Part shown: piece by piece, positions 31,429-39,268 of the stretch
Layout of the letters: every line of letters begins with the position of its first letter
Position numbering within the stretch: position 1 is the first letter of the stretch
Source of the DNA: an uncultured Methanoregulaceae archaeon
Lineage (GTDB): Archaea; Halobacteriota; Methanomicrobia; Methanomicrobiales; Methanospirillaceae
Reading direction: 5' to 3'
Assembly (NCBI GenBank): GCA_963717525.1
Contig: OY970343.1
Location: forward strand, 256,001 to 320,000
DNA length: 64,000 bases
Translations under genes and position numbers: made by a program
Notes under the pieces: generated by a model
Seen by the model: the letters and a program-made list of their open reading frames with translations, nothing else
Told to the model about the DNA's origin: nothing
Databases searched by the model: none

Positions 31429-32637
31429 TTATTTGTGAAGGAAACTAGGTTCGATTCCGTTTTCAAACATTTCGTGAATCACGACCGTCAAATTATATGC
31501 GATGATCTTTGCCAATAATTCGTTTATCTGCGCGATTTGATTTTTTGACTTGAGAGTTTCCCCGAACTTCCGCTTTATCGCCGCATTGGTGGATTCCACA
31601 TTACTGCGCTTGTGGTAGTGCTCCATGAACTCCTCGCGGTTCAACTGGAAGAAGTAATACATCTTGTTCCATAATGGAGAACCCCTTGTTTTGCACCTAG
31701 CATGTTTCTTGAATGGGATATACGCAACGCCGCCAACAGCGCCTGCCGCTTCAAAATTGTCACGCGATGAATACGCACGGTCGGCGGAAATTTCACAAAT
31801 GTTAAAGTTCTTTGAGAGATCTTCCACGAGCGGTTTAAAATGTGGTGAGTCGTTGTCGTTAGTAGTGGATATTTCTATACCGGTAACGATGTTGGTCTTA
31901 ACACCGGTTGCCATGTGTGCCTTTAACCACCGGTGTTCTTTTTTCTGACCGTGCTTCATTCCACAGTATGCGCCAAATGTTGTTGTCCTGAATCCAGTAG
32001 AATCTATTGCAAAATCAGTTTCAAGTCCGGCAACCGGTAACGCAGACAATGTAACCAATTCATGAAGTATCGGGGTTATTTCAGCATCGTTGAAGAGTTT
32101 AGATGGCGCGTTAAAGTGCGGCGCGTGGTCAATCTGTTGCTTATCTACTGCGTTTTGAAACAAGGTGTGCGCTCTGCGGCTGGACAACTGCGAATACACT
32201 TTTTGTATCGCACAGAAAAGGGATTCGCTAAGTGGCAGGCGCGGCCTTCCCATAGCCTGCTCTGGTTCAGGAATGGCTTTTACCAAGTCCTTTAACAGAG
32301 CGTCAAACAGCCTAATCTCTTCTGTCTGCGCGGCGTTGTACGCACTCCATGCCTGAGCATAGGTTAGGTGCATCTTCTCAGTAACCGTGCCTTTCGGTGT
32401 GTCTCTCTGTACTTCAAGATAAAAGCGGGTTGCCAGTATGTGTTTACACGGTAGACCACGCTTAACGAAGTCGGGGCAGGTGCAGGTCATTCCCTTATCG
32501 GTAGCTTTTACCTCGTAGACTCCGTGGCCGGTTTGGGATTTTACGGTATATGAGTGGTCGTCTACTTTCTTGATCTGCCCATTCTTTTCTACGATTGCTT
32601 TTCCTCTTTCTTCCCTTGTGGTTGTTAGTTGCTCCAT
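31429..32637 (-). CDS. Transposase: N-terminal SWIM zinc finger + DDE domain
   Basis: CTCPDF...PCKH SWIM; IDSTG, ADRAY and YHKRSNVE..NAAIKR (Y-2-R-3-E-6-K) catalytic motifs; GAGGT upstream of the ATG. Confidence 0.93.
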   Translation of the reverse strand: MEQLTTTREERGKAIVEKNGQIKKVDDHSYTVKSQTGHGVYEVKATDKGMTCTCPDFVKRGLPCKHILATRFYLEVQRDTPKGTVTEKMHLTYAQAWSAYNAAQTEEIRLFDALLKDLVKAIPEPEQAMGRPRLPLSESLFCAIQKVYSQLSSRRAHTLFQNAVDKQQIDHAPHFNAPSKLFNDAEITPILHELVTLSALPVAGLETDFAIDSTGFRTTTFGAYCGMKHGQKKEHRWLKAHMATGVKTNIVTGIEISTTNDNDSPHFKPLVEDLSKNFNICEISADRAYSSRDNFEAAGAVGGVAYIPFKKHARCKTRGSPLWNKMYYFFQLNREEFMEHYHKRSNVESTNAAIKRKFGETLKSKNQIAQINELLAKIIAYNLTVVIHEMFENGIEPSFLHK

Positions 32638-32641
32638 TTTA

Positions 32642-32725
32642 TTTACCTCTTTATTTACCAATAATATTTATGCCGTCAGACTACATAAACTTATTGGTAA
32701 ATAAAATGGTAAATTAAAAGGTAAG
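32642..32725. promoter_or_regulatory. Divergent promoter/operator region with a 15-bp inverted repeat and 12-bp-phased GGTAAA boxes
   Basis: tttatttaccaataa (32650-32664) / ttattggtaaataaa (32691-32705); TTTACC at 32642 and 32654; GGTAA at 32696, 32708 and 32720. Confidence 0.6.
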
Positions 32726-32761
32726 AAAAAGTATAAATAAAAAGGCACCAGAATGGTAAAT

Positions 32762-32944
32762 ATGCCCAGAAATTCAAAGGCAGATGAATCTATGTTAAAC
32801 CGAGCAACAAGCAAAGGTGGATCTTTACGAACCACAATACCGGCTTTTATTGTATCCTCATATGGATTGAAAGAAGGTGGTAAAATACGCTGGGTACTTG
32901 AAAACGGAAAAATTGTTGTTGAACCACAACATCCTGAAAAGTAA
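32762..32944 (+). CDS. AbrB/MazE/SpoVT-family DNA-binding protein
   Basis: GGSLRTTIPAFIVSSYGLKEGGKIRW...KIVV swapped-hairpin signature; divergent from the transposase. Confidence 0.85.
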   Translation: MPRNSKADESMLNRATSKGGSLRTTIPAFIVSSYGLKEGGKIRWVLENGKIVVEPQHPEK

Positions 32945-33045
32945 ATATTAAGGTAAATAATGTGCCAATAGAAAGATTTAAGATCCCTGAGTCTATACAT
33001 ACATATGGATGCCTAGGTTCGCTGGGCTCTACTGAAGAAAATTAA

Positions 33046-33118
33046 CGGGCACGGCGGGGATCGAACCCGCACCAGCAAGATTAGCAGTCTCGTACACTGT
33101 CCATTATGCTACGTGCCC
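33046..33118 (-). tRNA. Non-canonical tRNA, anticodon GCT (Ser) but short variable loop and Arg-type body
   Basis: GGGCACG-TA-GCAT-AATGGACA-GTGT-A-CGAGA-CTGCTAA-TCTTG-CTGGT-GCGGG-TTCGATC-CCCGC-CGTGCCC-G (73 nt, complete cloverleaf). Confidence 0.85.
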
Positions 33119-33127
33119 ACAGTGGTT

Positions 33128-33201
33128 TGGGGCGTGTGGTGGGAATCGAACCCGCAGTCCGGCTTTACAAGAGGAGGACCCCGACCTTCGGGACACACGC
33201 C
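33128..33201 (-). tRNA. Atypical tRNA-like RNA, anticodon TGT, encoded CCA (possibly a pseudo-tRNA)
   Basis: G-GCGTGTG-T-CCCG-AAGGT-CGGG-G-TCCTCCT-CTTGTAA-AGCCGGA-CT-GCGGG-TTCGATT-CCCAC-CACACGC-C-CCA. Confidence 0.6.
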
Positions 33202-33249
33202 ACTAATTACTTGTCCATTTGGGACCACCTCGCCTCTTCTACATAGGGC

Positions 33250-34029
33250 TTATTCATCAAATTCAACACCCTTGCGTTTGAGATCCTTTATCATCTTCTT
33301 TACAAGACTCTCTGCGAATTTTGCAGTAAGATCATCAGTAACCACCACGACATGTCCCCTATACTCGACTTTTCCCGGGTCGGGGGCTTGCTCTTCAACC
33401 GCATGTGTTTGCAGAGGTGCTGCCGTAGTTCCCTCATTCCCGTTCCCTAATGCATGTTGGCTACTATTGTCTGGTTGTGTATTTTGTGTGGGGGCAGTGT
33501 GCGCAGGCTCCACGGTAAACGTACTTGGTATATGAAGCGTGAGCTTGCGAACAAACGGTTGCCTAGAGGAATAAGGCGGATTTTTTGTAATACATTGGAT
33601 ATCGGCATTATATGCTGACCAGAGATTATCCAAGGAGTCGGTGTCAATATTAATGAGTGATGGGATTGACCTTACTGTCTTATCGAACAGTGCCTTATCG
33701 GGGGTTTTGCCGATGGTGGCAATTAATTGTTTCCACAACGGGGATCTGTTTACCGCAGCCTCTATAGCTGAAGATCGATGAGGGCCGTCTGATAGGATCG
33801 CTTTTCCCCGATCCGTTAACACATAGGTTCCGTTTTTTGTCTGCTGAATAAACCCATAGAGTTCCATATCCCGCAATTTATCGCGGGCACTTGTGATCTT
33901 TATTTTTGTTGTCTCCATGAATTTATCACGAGTGAGACCGGCGTTGAACCCCTCGCTGATTTCCCTAATTGTATCTGCACAAATCCCGACTCGTGTATAT
34001 ATTATGGGGGCGTCCCCGTACCTGTCCAT
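33250..34029 (-). CDS. Hypothetical protein with N-terminal winged-helix-like domain (transposon cargo)
   Basis: ARDKLRDMELYGFIQ...YVLTDRGKAIL wHTH wing pattern; low-complexity linker; short C-terminal helical domain. Confidence 0.7.
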   Translation of the reverse strand: MDRYGDAPIIYTRVGICADTIREISEGFNAGLTRDKFMETTKIKITSARDKLRDMELYGFIQQTKNGTYVLTDRGKAILSDGPHRSSAIEAAVNRSPLWKQLIATIGKTPDKALFDKTVRSIPSLINIDTDSLDNLWSAYNADIQCITKNPPYSSRQPFVRKLTLHIPSTFTVEPAHTAPTQNTQPDNSSQHALGNGNEGTTAAPLQTHAVEEQAPDPGKVEYRGHVVVVTDDLTAKFAESLVKKMIKDLKRKGVEFDE

Positions 34030-34152
34030 ATGATCAAATCCTTGTGATCAATTGGTATGCTGTTTGGGAATATAGCGCTTTGGGTTGGTGTGTGTTACGT
34101 GGCGCAGTGTGAAAGTGAAAATGTGGTGTGCATATCATTTTTGGATGGCTAT

Positions 34153-34185
34153 ACTTTAGGTGCAAGTTTCATACTTTGGGTGCAA
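34153..34185 (+). repeat. Right subterminal repeats acttt(a/g)ggtgcaa x2 (20-bp period)
   Basis: Copies start at 34153 and 34173, immediately inside the right TIR. Confidence 0.85.
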
Positions 34186-34262
34186 ATGGGGGTTTAAGTG
34201 CAAAGCCCGGGTGACAACAACCTTTATGCACAAGGTCGTGCCTCAACTACTTTGATACGCAC

Positions 34263-34676
34263 ATGGCAAACGTCATCCAGAAAGGCAGCACGTATTATGC
34301 ACCAAAAGGGGCGTATTACGAAGGAAATGTCCGGATTGACGGTGATTTTATCGTGCCCGCACGGACCCATTTCTGGGGACGGCTCGTGGTGACCGGCAAA
34401 CTCGAACTGGGCATGAAGTCGAGCGTTGCTCTCGATGTTGAATGCGGGAGCGCGGTCATCGGGAGCCATGCCCGGATAAAAGGGCCGCTCGTGGCAGCCG
34501 GGGATGTGAGCCTCCTCGATCACTGCGTAATTTATTCTGTTGCGGCGGGGGGGAAAGTCATCATCAGGCCCGATGTCCGCGTCGGGGACGTGACCAGCAG
34601 CGATGCGATCATTGTCCACGGCAAGATAAAGAGCGGGAAATTAACCGGCAAGAGCATGAAGGTCCTCGGGAACTGA
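34263..34676 (+). CDS. Bactofilin-like (polymer-forming) beta-helix protein
   Basis: Repeated G.l...G.v.l beta-helix units (EGNVRIDGDFIV, GRLVVTGKLEL). Confidence 0.7.
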   Translation: MANVIQKGSTYYAPKGAYYEGNVRIDGDFIVPARTHFWGRLVVTGKLELGMKSSVALDVECGSAVIGSHARIKGPLVAAGDVSLLDHCVIYSVAAGGKVIIRPDVRVGDVTSSDAIIVHGKIKSGKLTGKSMKVLGN

Positions 34677-35351
34677 TGCCGGATCCAACCCCAATGTCGC
34701 CACGTCGTATACATCCTGCCAGCTGACCAGCGTCTCCACGCAGCCTTCCTTTAACGTTACCACGCCCATCGCGACGAGACCAATCTTGTCGGCCATATCG
34801 ATCCCTTCCTTGACCTCGGTCAGGCAGCCGACGCCGATGATCGCCTTGGGATGGTATTTTTTGACCATCCTTTTGATAAACGACGACCCCGGGATGATGA
34901 AGACCCGGTATCCCAGTTTTTCGAGGAGGATCCGGGCCTCGCCCACGGTACACTGCCCGCAGTTCACGCATTTGAGCCCTTCCGGGGTGAGATGGGCCGG
35001 GCACTTTGCCGATCTCAGGCACTGGGGGAAAAAGGCCGCACGCTCTGATATGGGTACCCGGGAGAATGCACTCGTGTTCATCGTATTATGGATCTTGATA
35101 AGGAACGTGAGCATCTCCCGGTCCTCAAGGCCGAGGAGCCGGAAGAATGCCTTCATAAATCCTTCAAGAAAGACGAGGCCTGCCTTGATGAGCCGGGGAA
35201 AATACAGGTGCCCTTTTTTTATTGAGTACAGGGAGATGACGACAAGGACAAACGATGCGAGGAGTACCCCGATGATGAAGAGAACGGTCACTTCCCCGAT
35301 GATATACATCAGGGCGTGCCACTGGCTGAGATCGATATCCATGAGGGTCAT
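34641..35351 (-). CDS. DUF116 family protein
   Basis: PQCLRS..CPA...GLKC..CG.C, IIPGSSF, IIGVGC. Confidence 0.88.
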   Translation of the reverse strand: MTLMDIDLSQWHALMYIIGEVTVLFIIGVLLASFVLVVISLYSIKKGHLYFPRLIKAGLVFLEGFMKAFFRLLGLEDREMLTFLIKIHNTMNTSAFSRVPISERAAFFPQCLRSAKCPAHLTPEGLKCVNCGQCTVGEARILLEKLGYRVFIIPGSSFIKRMVKKYHPKAIIGVGCLTEVKEGIDMADKIGLVAMGVVTLKEGCVETLVSWQDVYDVATLGLDPASVPEDLHALAG

Positions 35352-35357
35352 GTCAGT

Positions 35358-36410
35358 TTACGGTTTATTTTTGGGTTCCGGGCGGGATAAGAGTGTGTTG
35401 ATATCAAAGGGCGGCCTGACAACACCCTGTTCGGTGATGATTGCGCTGACAAGTTTCATGGGGGTCGCATCGAACGCGTAGTTCACTACCGGGACACCAT
35501 CAGGGATCAGGATCCGGTTTCCCACGATCGCGAGCTCATCGCGCCCCCGTTCCTCGATTGTAACCTCGTGCTCTGTCCGGGTGGCATCGAATGTGGAGAG
35601 CGGGGCTGCCACATAGAACGGGATGCTGTGGTGGCGGGCGCAGACAGCGTGCATGTAGGTGCCGATCTTGTTGAAGACGGCATCTCTGGTGATCCGGTCA
35701 GCGCCGACGATCACGGCGTCGATTTTTCCGGTGCGCATGAGGTGCGCTGCCGTGGAGTCGGTGATGACCGTGACATCGATCCCGTCGCGGGCGAGCTCCC
35801 ACGCAGTGAGCCGGGCGCCCTGGAGGAGCGGGCGGGTCTCGCACGCTATCACACTGACCTTTTTCCCCTCTTCCACGGCCGACCGGATCACGCCAAGCGC
35901 CGTCCCCCACGAGGAGCAGGCGAGCGCACCCGCGTTACAGTGGGTGAGCACGGTGCACCGGTCCGGGAGGAGGGTTGCCCCGTTCTCCCCTATGGCATGG
36001 CAGCAGCGGGTATCCTCATCCGCGATTGCACGTGCCTCATCAAGTGCGGTAGTTTTGGCAGAGGTTACATCGGTTTCAACCAGAAACCGGGCAAGCACCC
36101 GGTCGACCCCCCAGCTCAGGTTGACAGCGGTCGGCCTGCTCTCCCGGATGCGCCCGGCTTCGTGCTGCACGGCACGGGAAAACTCCCCGAACGATCGTCC
36201 GGTACAGGTAAATGCAGCAAGGGCGACCCCGAACCCCCCGGCAACGCCGAGTACCGGGGCCCCCCGGATCTCCAGCCTCTGGATCGCCGCAATGAGCCGG
36301 TCGACGCTCGTGCACCCCGCGATGGCATACTCGGTGGGAAGCAGCGTCTGGTCGATGTACCGGATGCCGCAGAGCGACTCGTCCCACCAGAGCGTTAACG
36401 TATCCTTCAC
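35358..36410 (-). CDS. mtnA: S-methyl-5-thioribose-1-phosphate isomerase (eIF-2B family)
   Basis: IDQTLLP, IRGAP.LG, SRPTAVNL, LTHCNAGALA, ETRPLLQGARLTAWEL, NKIGTY; probable GTG start at 36410. Confidence 0.9.
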   Translation of the reverse strand: MKDTLTLWWDESLCGIRYIDQTLLPTEYAIAGCTSVDRLIAAIQRLEIRGAPVLGVAGGFGVALAAFTCTGRSFGEFSRAVQHEAGRIRESRPTAVNLSWGVDRVLARFLVETDVTSAKTTALDEARAIADEDTRCCHAIGENGATLLPDRCTVLTHCNAGALACSSWGTALGVIRSAVEEGKKVSVIACETRPLLQGARLTAWELARDGIDVTVITDSTAAHLMRTGKIDAVIVGADRITRDAVFNKIGTYMHAVCARHHSIPFYVAAPLSTFDATRTEHEVTIEERGRDELAIVGNRILIPDGVPVVNYAFDATPMKLVSAIITEQGVVRPPFDINTLLSRPEPKNKP

Positions 36411-37709
36411 CGGGATCGCGCCCTTGGCTCCCTTTTTATTCTTTGACCCCGCGAATGCCCGCATCGCGGCTGCTCCTCCCGAGGCAACGCTGTCGGGGAT
36501 GTCTCTGGGCGAGACCGCGGCACCGGCAACAAAGATCCCCGGCCGGATCGTTCCTGTTGTGTCCAATGCATCGTGCACCGACCGGATGAATCCGGTCTCT
36601 TCAATGGGGAGGCCAAGTTTTCCCGCGAGTGCCGCAGTCGCGTCCGTTGGCTGTATGCCGACCGAGAGCACCACAAGGCCCGGGCGCAGGGTCTCAACTT
36701 CCCCGGTCTCCGTGTTCTCTACCCGGAACTGCATGCCGGTCCCGTTTTTGTCTGCCTGAACATCGGAGGGTATCCCCCTCATGAACCGGACGCCAACATT
36801 CTTTGCCCGCTCGTAGTATTCCTCGTATCCCTTGCCGTAGGCACGGACGTCCATGTAGAAGATCGTAACCGCGATTGCCGGGTACTTTTCTTTGATGAGC
36901 ATCGCGTTCTTTATCGCCTGCATGCAGCAGACACAGGAACACCAGGGCCGGCAGAGCGATGTGTCACGCGAACCGACGCACTGGATAAAGACGACGCTCT
37001 CCGGCTCTTTTCCGTCACTCAGGCGACCGATCTTTCCTCCGGTTGGCCCGCTTGCGTTGATCATCCGTTCCAGTTCGAGGCTCGTGACTACATCGGGGAA
37101 TTTCAGGTACCCGAGCGGGCTCTTTTTCCGGGCATCGAAGACCTCATATCCGGTAGCGATAATGATGGCTGAGGCCTCGATAACGGTCTCCTTTTCCGTA
37201 TCCTCGTGCAGGATCGCCTGGGGCCCGCAGGCATCGTAACAGAGCCCGCATTCGATGCAGTGTTCCGCGTCTTTTACCACCCGGTCGGGGACCGCCTGCT
37301 GGTGGGGTTTATAGATCGCTTTCCTGACCCCGACCCCGGCATCGAACCGGTTGTAGACCTCGACCGGGCAGATCTGGATGCAGTCACCACAACCGGTGCA
37401 CGCCACCATATCGATGTAACGCGGGTGTTCGCGGACGGTAACCCGGAAGTGCCCTGCGTCGCCCTCAACGCGTTCCACCTCGGACAGGGTGTGGATCCGG
37501 ATATTTTCGTGCCGCTGGACATCCACCATCTTGGGGGAGAGGATGCACATGGAACAGTCGTTTGTGGGAAACGTCTTGTCGAGCTGTGCCATGTGGCCTC
37601 CGATGGTGGGCTCCCGCTCGATCAGGTGGACGACGACGCCGTGGTTTGCGAGATCGAGCGCGGCTTGGATCCCGGAGACGCCGGCCCCGATGACGACCAC
37701 ATCACCCAT
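36407..37709 (-). CDS. hdrA: Heterodisulfide reductase subunit A-like flavoprotein (short form)
   Basis: VIGAGVSG, GGHMAQLDKTFPTNDCSMCILSP, two ferredoxin motifs, FIQCVGSRD, CS.VCCM, PRDIPDSV; reads in frame into mtnA in this sequence. Confidence 0.9.
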
Positions 37710-38196
37710 GGGCGTATTCCCCGGCAAGCCTGACGTAGGACTGGGCATTCTGGACAATGTGTTCACGCTGGGCCGGGGTGGTTTCTTTGAGCACCTTTCC
37801 GGGCACACCGAGCACGACCGAGCCGGGCGGTACCTTCATGCCTTCTGTCACGACCGCTCCTGCACCAATGAGGGAGTCCTCCCCTACGACAGCACCGTTC
37901 AGCACGATCGCACCCATGCCGACCAGCACCCGGTCCCGGATCGTGCAGCCGTGGAGGATCGCACCGTGCCCCACAGACACGTCGCACCCCAGCGTGGTCG
38001 GGAACCCGGCGCTGGTATGGACGACGCAGTTGTCCTGGACATTCGACCGGTCGCCAATGGCAATCCGGTCCTTGTCTGCCCGGATCACCGCCCCAAACCA
38101 GATGCCGATATCCTTTCCCAAGGTAACCCTGCCGATCACCGTTGCATTGGGAGCGCACCAGAGTGGTGTGCCTGCGATCTTCCCGTCCATATCCAT
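37702..38196 (-). CDS. Gamma-carbonic anhydrase-family hexapeptide protein
   Basis: IWFGAVIRAD, SNVQDNCVVH, VGHGAILHGC. Confidence 0.92.
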   Translation of the reverse strand: MDMDGKIAGTPLWCAPNATVIGRVTLGKDIGIWFGAVIRADKDRIAIGDRSNVQDNCVVHTSAGFPTTLGCDVSVGHGAILHGCTIRDRVLVGMGAIVLNGAVVGEDSLIGAGAVVTEGMKVPPGSVVLGVPGKVLKETTPAQREHIVQNAQSYVRLAGEYAHG

Positions 38197-38226
38197 AATA
38201 CCATAGGAACTTAACGTACAGACAGT

Positions 38227-38724
38227 ATGAAGGTTATGGTAGGGGGTACCTTCGACCCCTTGCACGACGGCCACAAGCGCCTTCTGACCCGGTCGTTCGA
38301 ACTTGCCGGGCCCGAGGGGCAGGTCGTGATCGGGCTGACGACGGACCCGTTTGCGAGCAGGAAGACGCATCCGATCCATCCATTCAGCGAACGAAAAGCC
38401 GATCTTGAAGCGTTCATCGCCGCTGTCATCACCACGCAGGCTGCACAAAAAAAATATGCCACGCACTGGGAGATCGAGCCACTCGGGGACCGGTTTGGTT
38501 CGGCGCTTGATGCCGATTTTGACGCGATCGTGGTCTCCGAGGAAACGCTGCCGGTTGCGGTCGAGATCAACCGTCTGCGGCGCGAGCGCAAGCTGCCCAA
38601 GGTGGATATCCACCAGATCACCTGTGTGCTCGCCGAGGATGGCCGCTGGATCTCATCCACACGCATATGGCGCGGCGAGATCGACGTCCACGGCCACCTG
38701 ATCCGCACAGCGTCACCGGAATAA
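38227..38724 (+). CDS. coaD: Phosphopantetheine adenylyltransferase (archaeal)
   Basis: GGTFDPLHDGHK, IVVSEET, ISSTRI. Confidence 0.92.
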   Translation: MKVMVGGTFDPLHDGHKRLLTRSFELAGPEGQVVIGLTTDPFASRKTHPIHPFSERKADLEAFIAAVITTQAAQKKYATHWEIEPLGDRFGSALDADFDAIVVSEETLPVAVEINRLRRERKLPKVDIHQITCVLAEDGRWISSTRIWRGEIDVHGHLIRTASPE

Positions 38725-38773
38725 AAAAAGGCACGCGCAAGGTGTGCCGGGCGGTGTTTCCCACATTGCCCCG

Positions 38774-39268
38774 TTATATGATGAAGTTCGTCAGGTCTTT
38801 TGTGATCACCGAATCGCAGTAGATGCAGCGCAGGCCTTTCCCGTCCGGCAGCACCGCAAACCTGCTCTTGATCGGCTCGTTCGTGCGGGTGATGCAGCCG
38901 GGATTGGGGCAACGCACGCTTCCCACGATCAGGACCGGGATCTCGACGCCTTGTTTTTCGCAGACCTTGAAGTTCCTGACGATATTGATGGTCGCCCGGG
39001 GGGAGATGAGCGCGATCCGGTCGACCTCTTCTTTTGAGAGCTCGCGGTTGGAGATCTTGACAATGTCCTTCTTTCCCATGTTCCTGCTGGGTACGTTGGT
39101 CGCAATCGAGAGCGTTTCCGTGGTTGACCCGACTATCCCGAGGATCTTGATCACGTTGAGCGCTTCCCCGCCATCGATGTGGTCGATCACAGTGCCGTTT
39201 TTAATCCGCCGTATGAGGAGACCTTTCCCGTCATCGTCGCTGGATTCGGCAGGAGCGATATGCTTCAT
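38774..39268 (-). CDS. pyrI: Aspartate carbamoyltransferase regulatory subunit
   Basis: IKNGTVIDHI, KKDIVKI, CPNPGCIT, CIYCD. Confidence 0.96.
   Translation of the reverse strand: MKHIAPAESSDDDGKGLLIRRIKNGTVIDHIDGGEALNVIKILGIVGSTTETLSIATNVPSRNMGKKDIVKISNRELSKEEVDRIALISPRATINIVRNFKVCEKQGVEIPVLIVGSVRCPNPGCITRTNEPIKSRFAVLPDGKGLRCIYCDSVITKDLTNFII

Larger units (their letters stand above)
31167..34207. mobile_element. Complete 3,041-bp cargo-carrying DDE transposon (IS4/IS5-like) with tRNA-like cargo
   Basis: Perfect 14-bp TIRs ggctttgcacttaa (31167-31180) / ttaagtgcaaagcc (34194-34207); 9-bp direct repeat cgggtgaca at 31158-31166 and 34208-34216; lower GC than the flanks. Confidence 0.93.

Noticed and set aside
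33046..33201. Cargo tRNAs as att-site remnants of host tRNAs
   Set aside because: They are full-length cloverleaves internal to the TIRs, do not match the four host tRNAs in the window, and the element uses a DDE transposase with a TSD rather than an integrase
33128..33201. Pyrrolysine or selenocysteine tRNA
   Set aside because: The anticodon is UGU, not CUA or UCA; no pyl or sel genes are nearby and there is no long variable arm; only the geometry is Pyl-like
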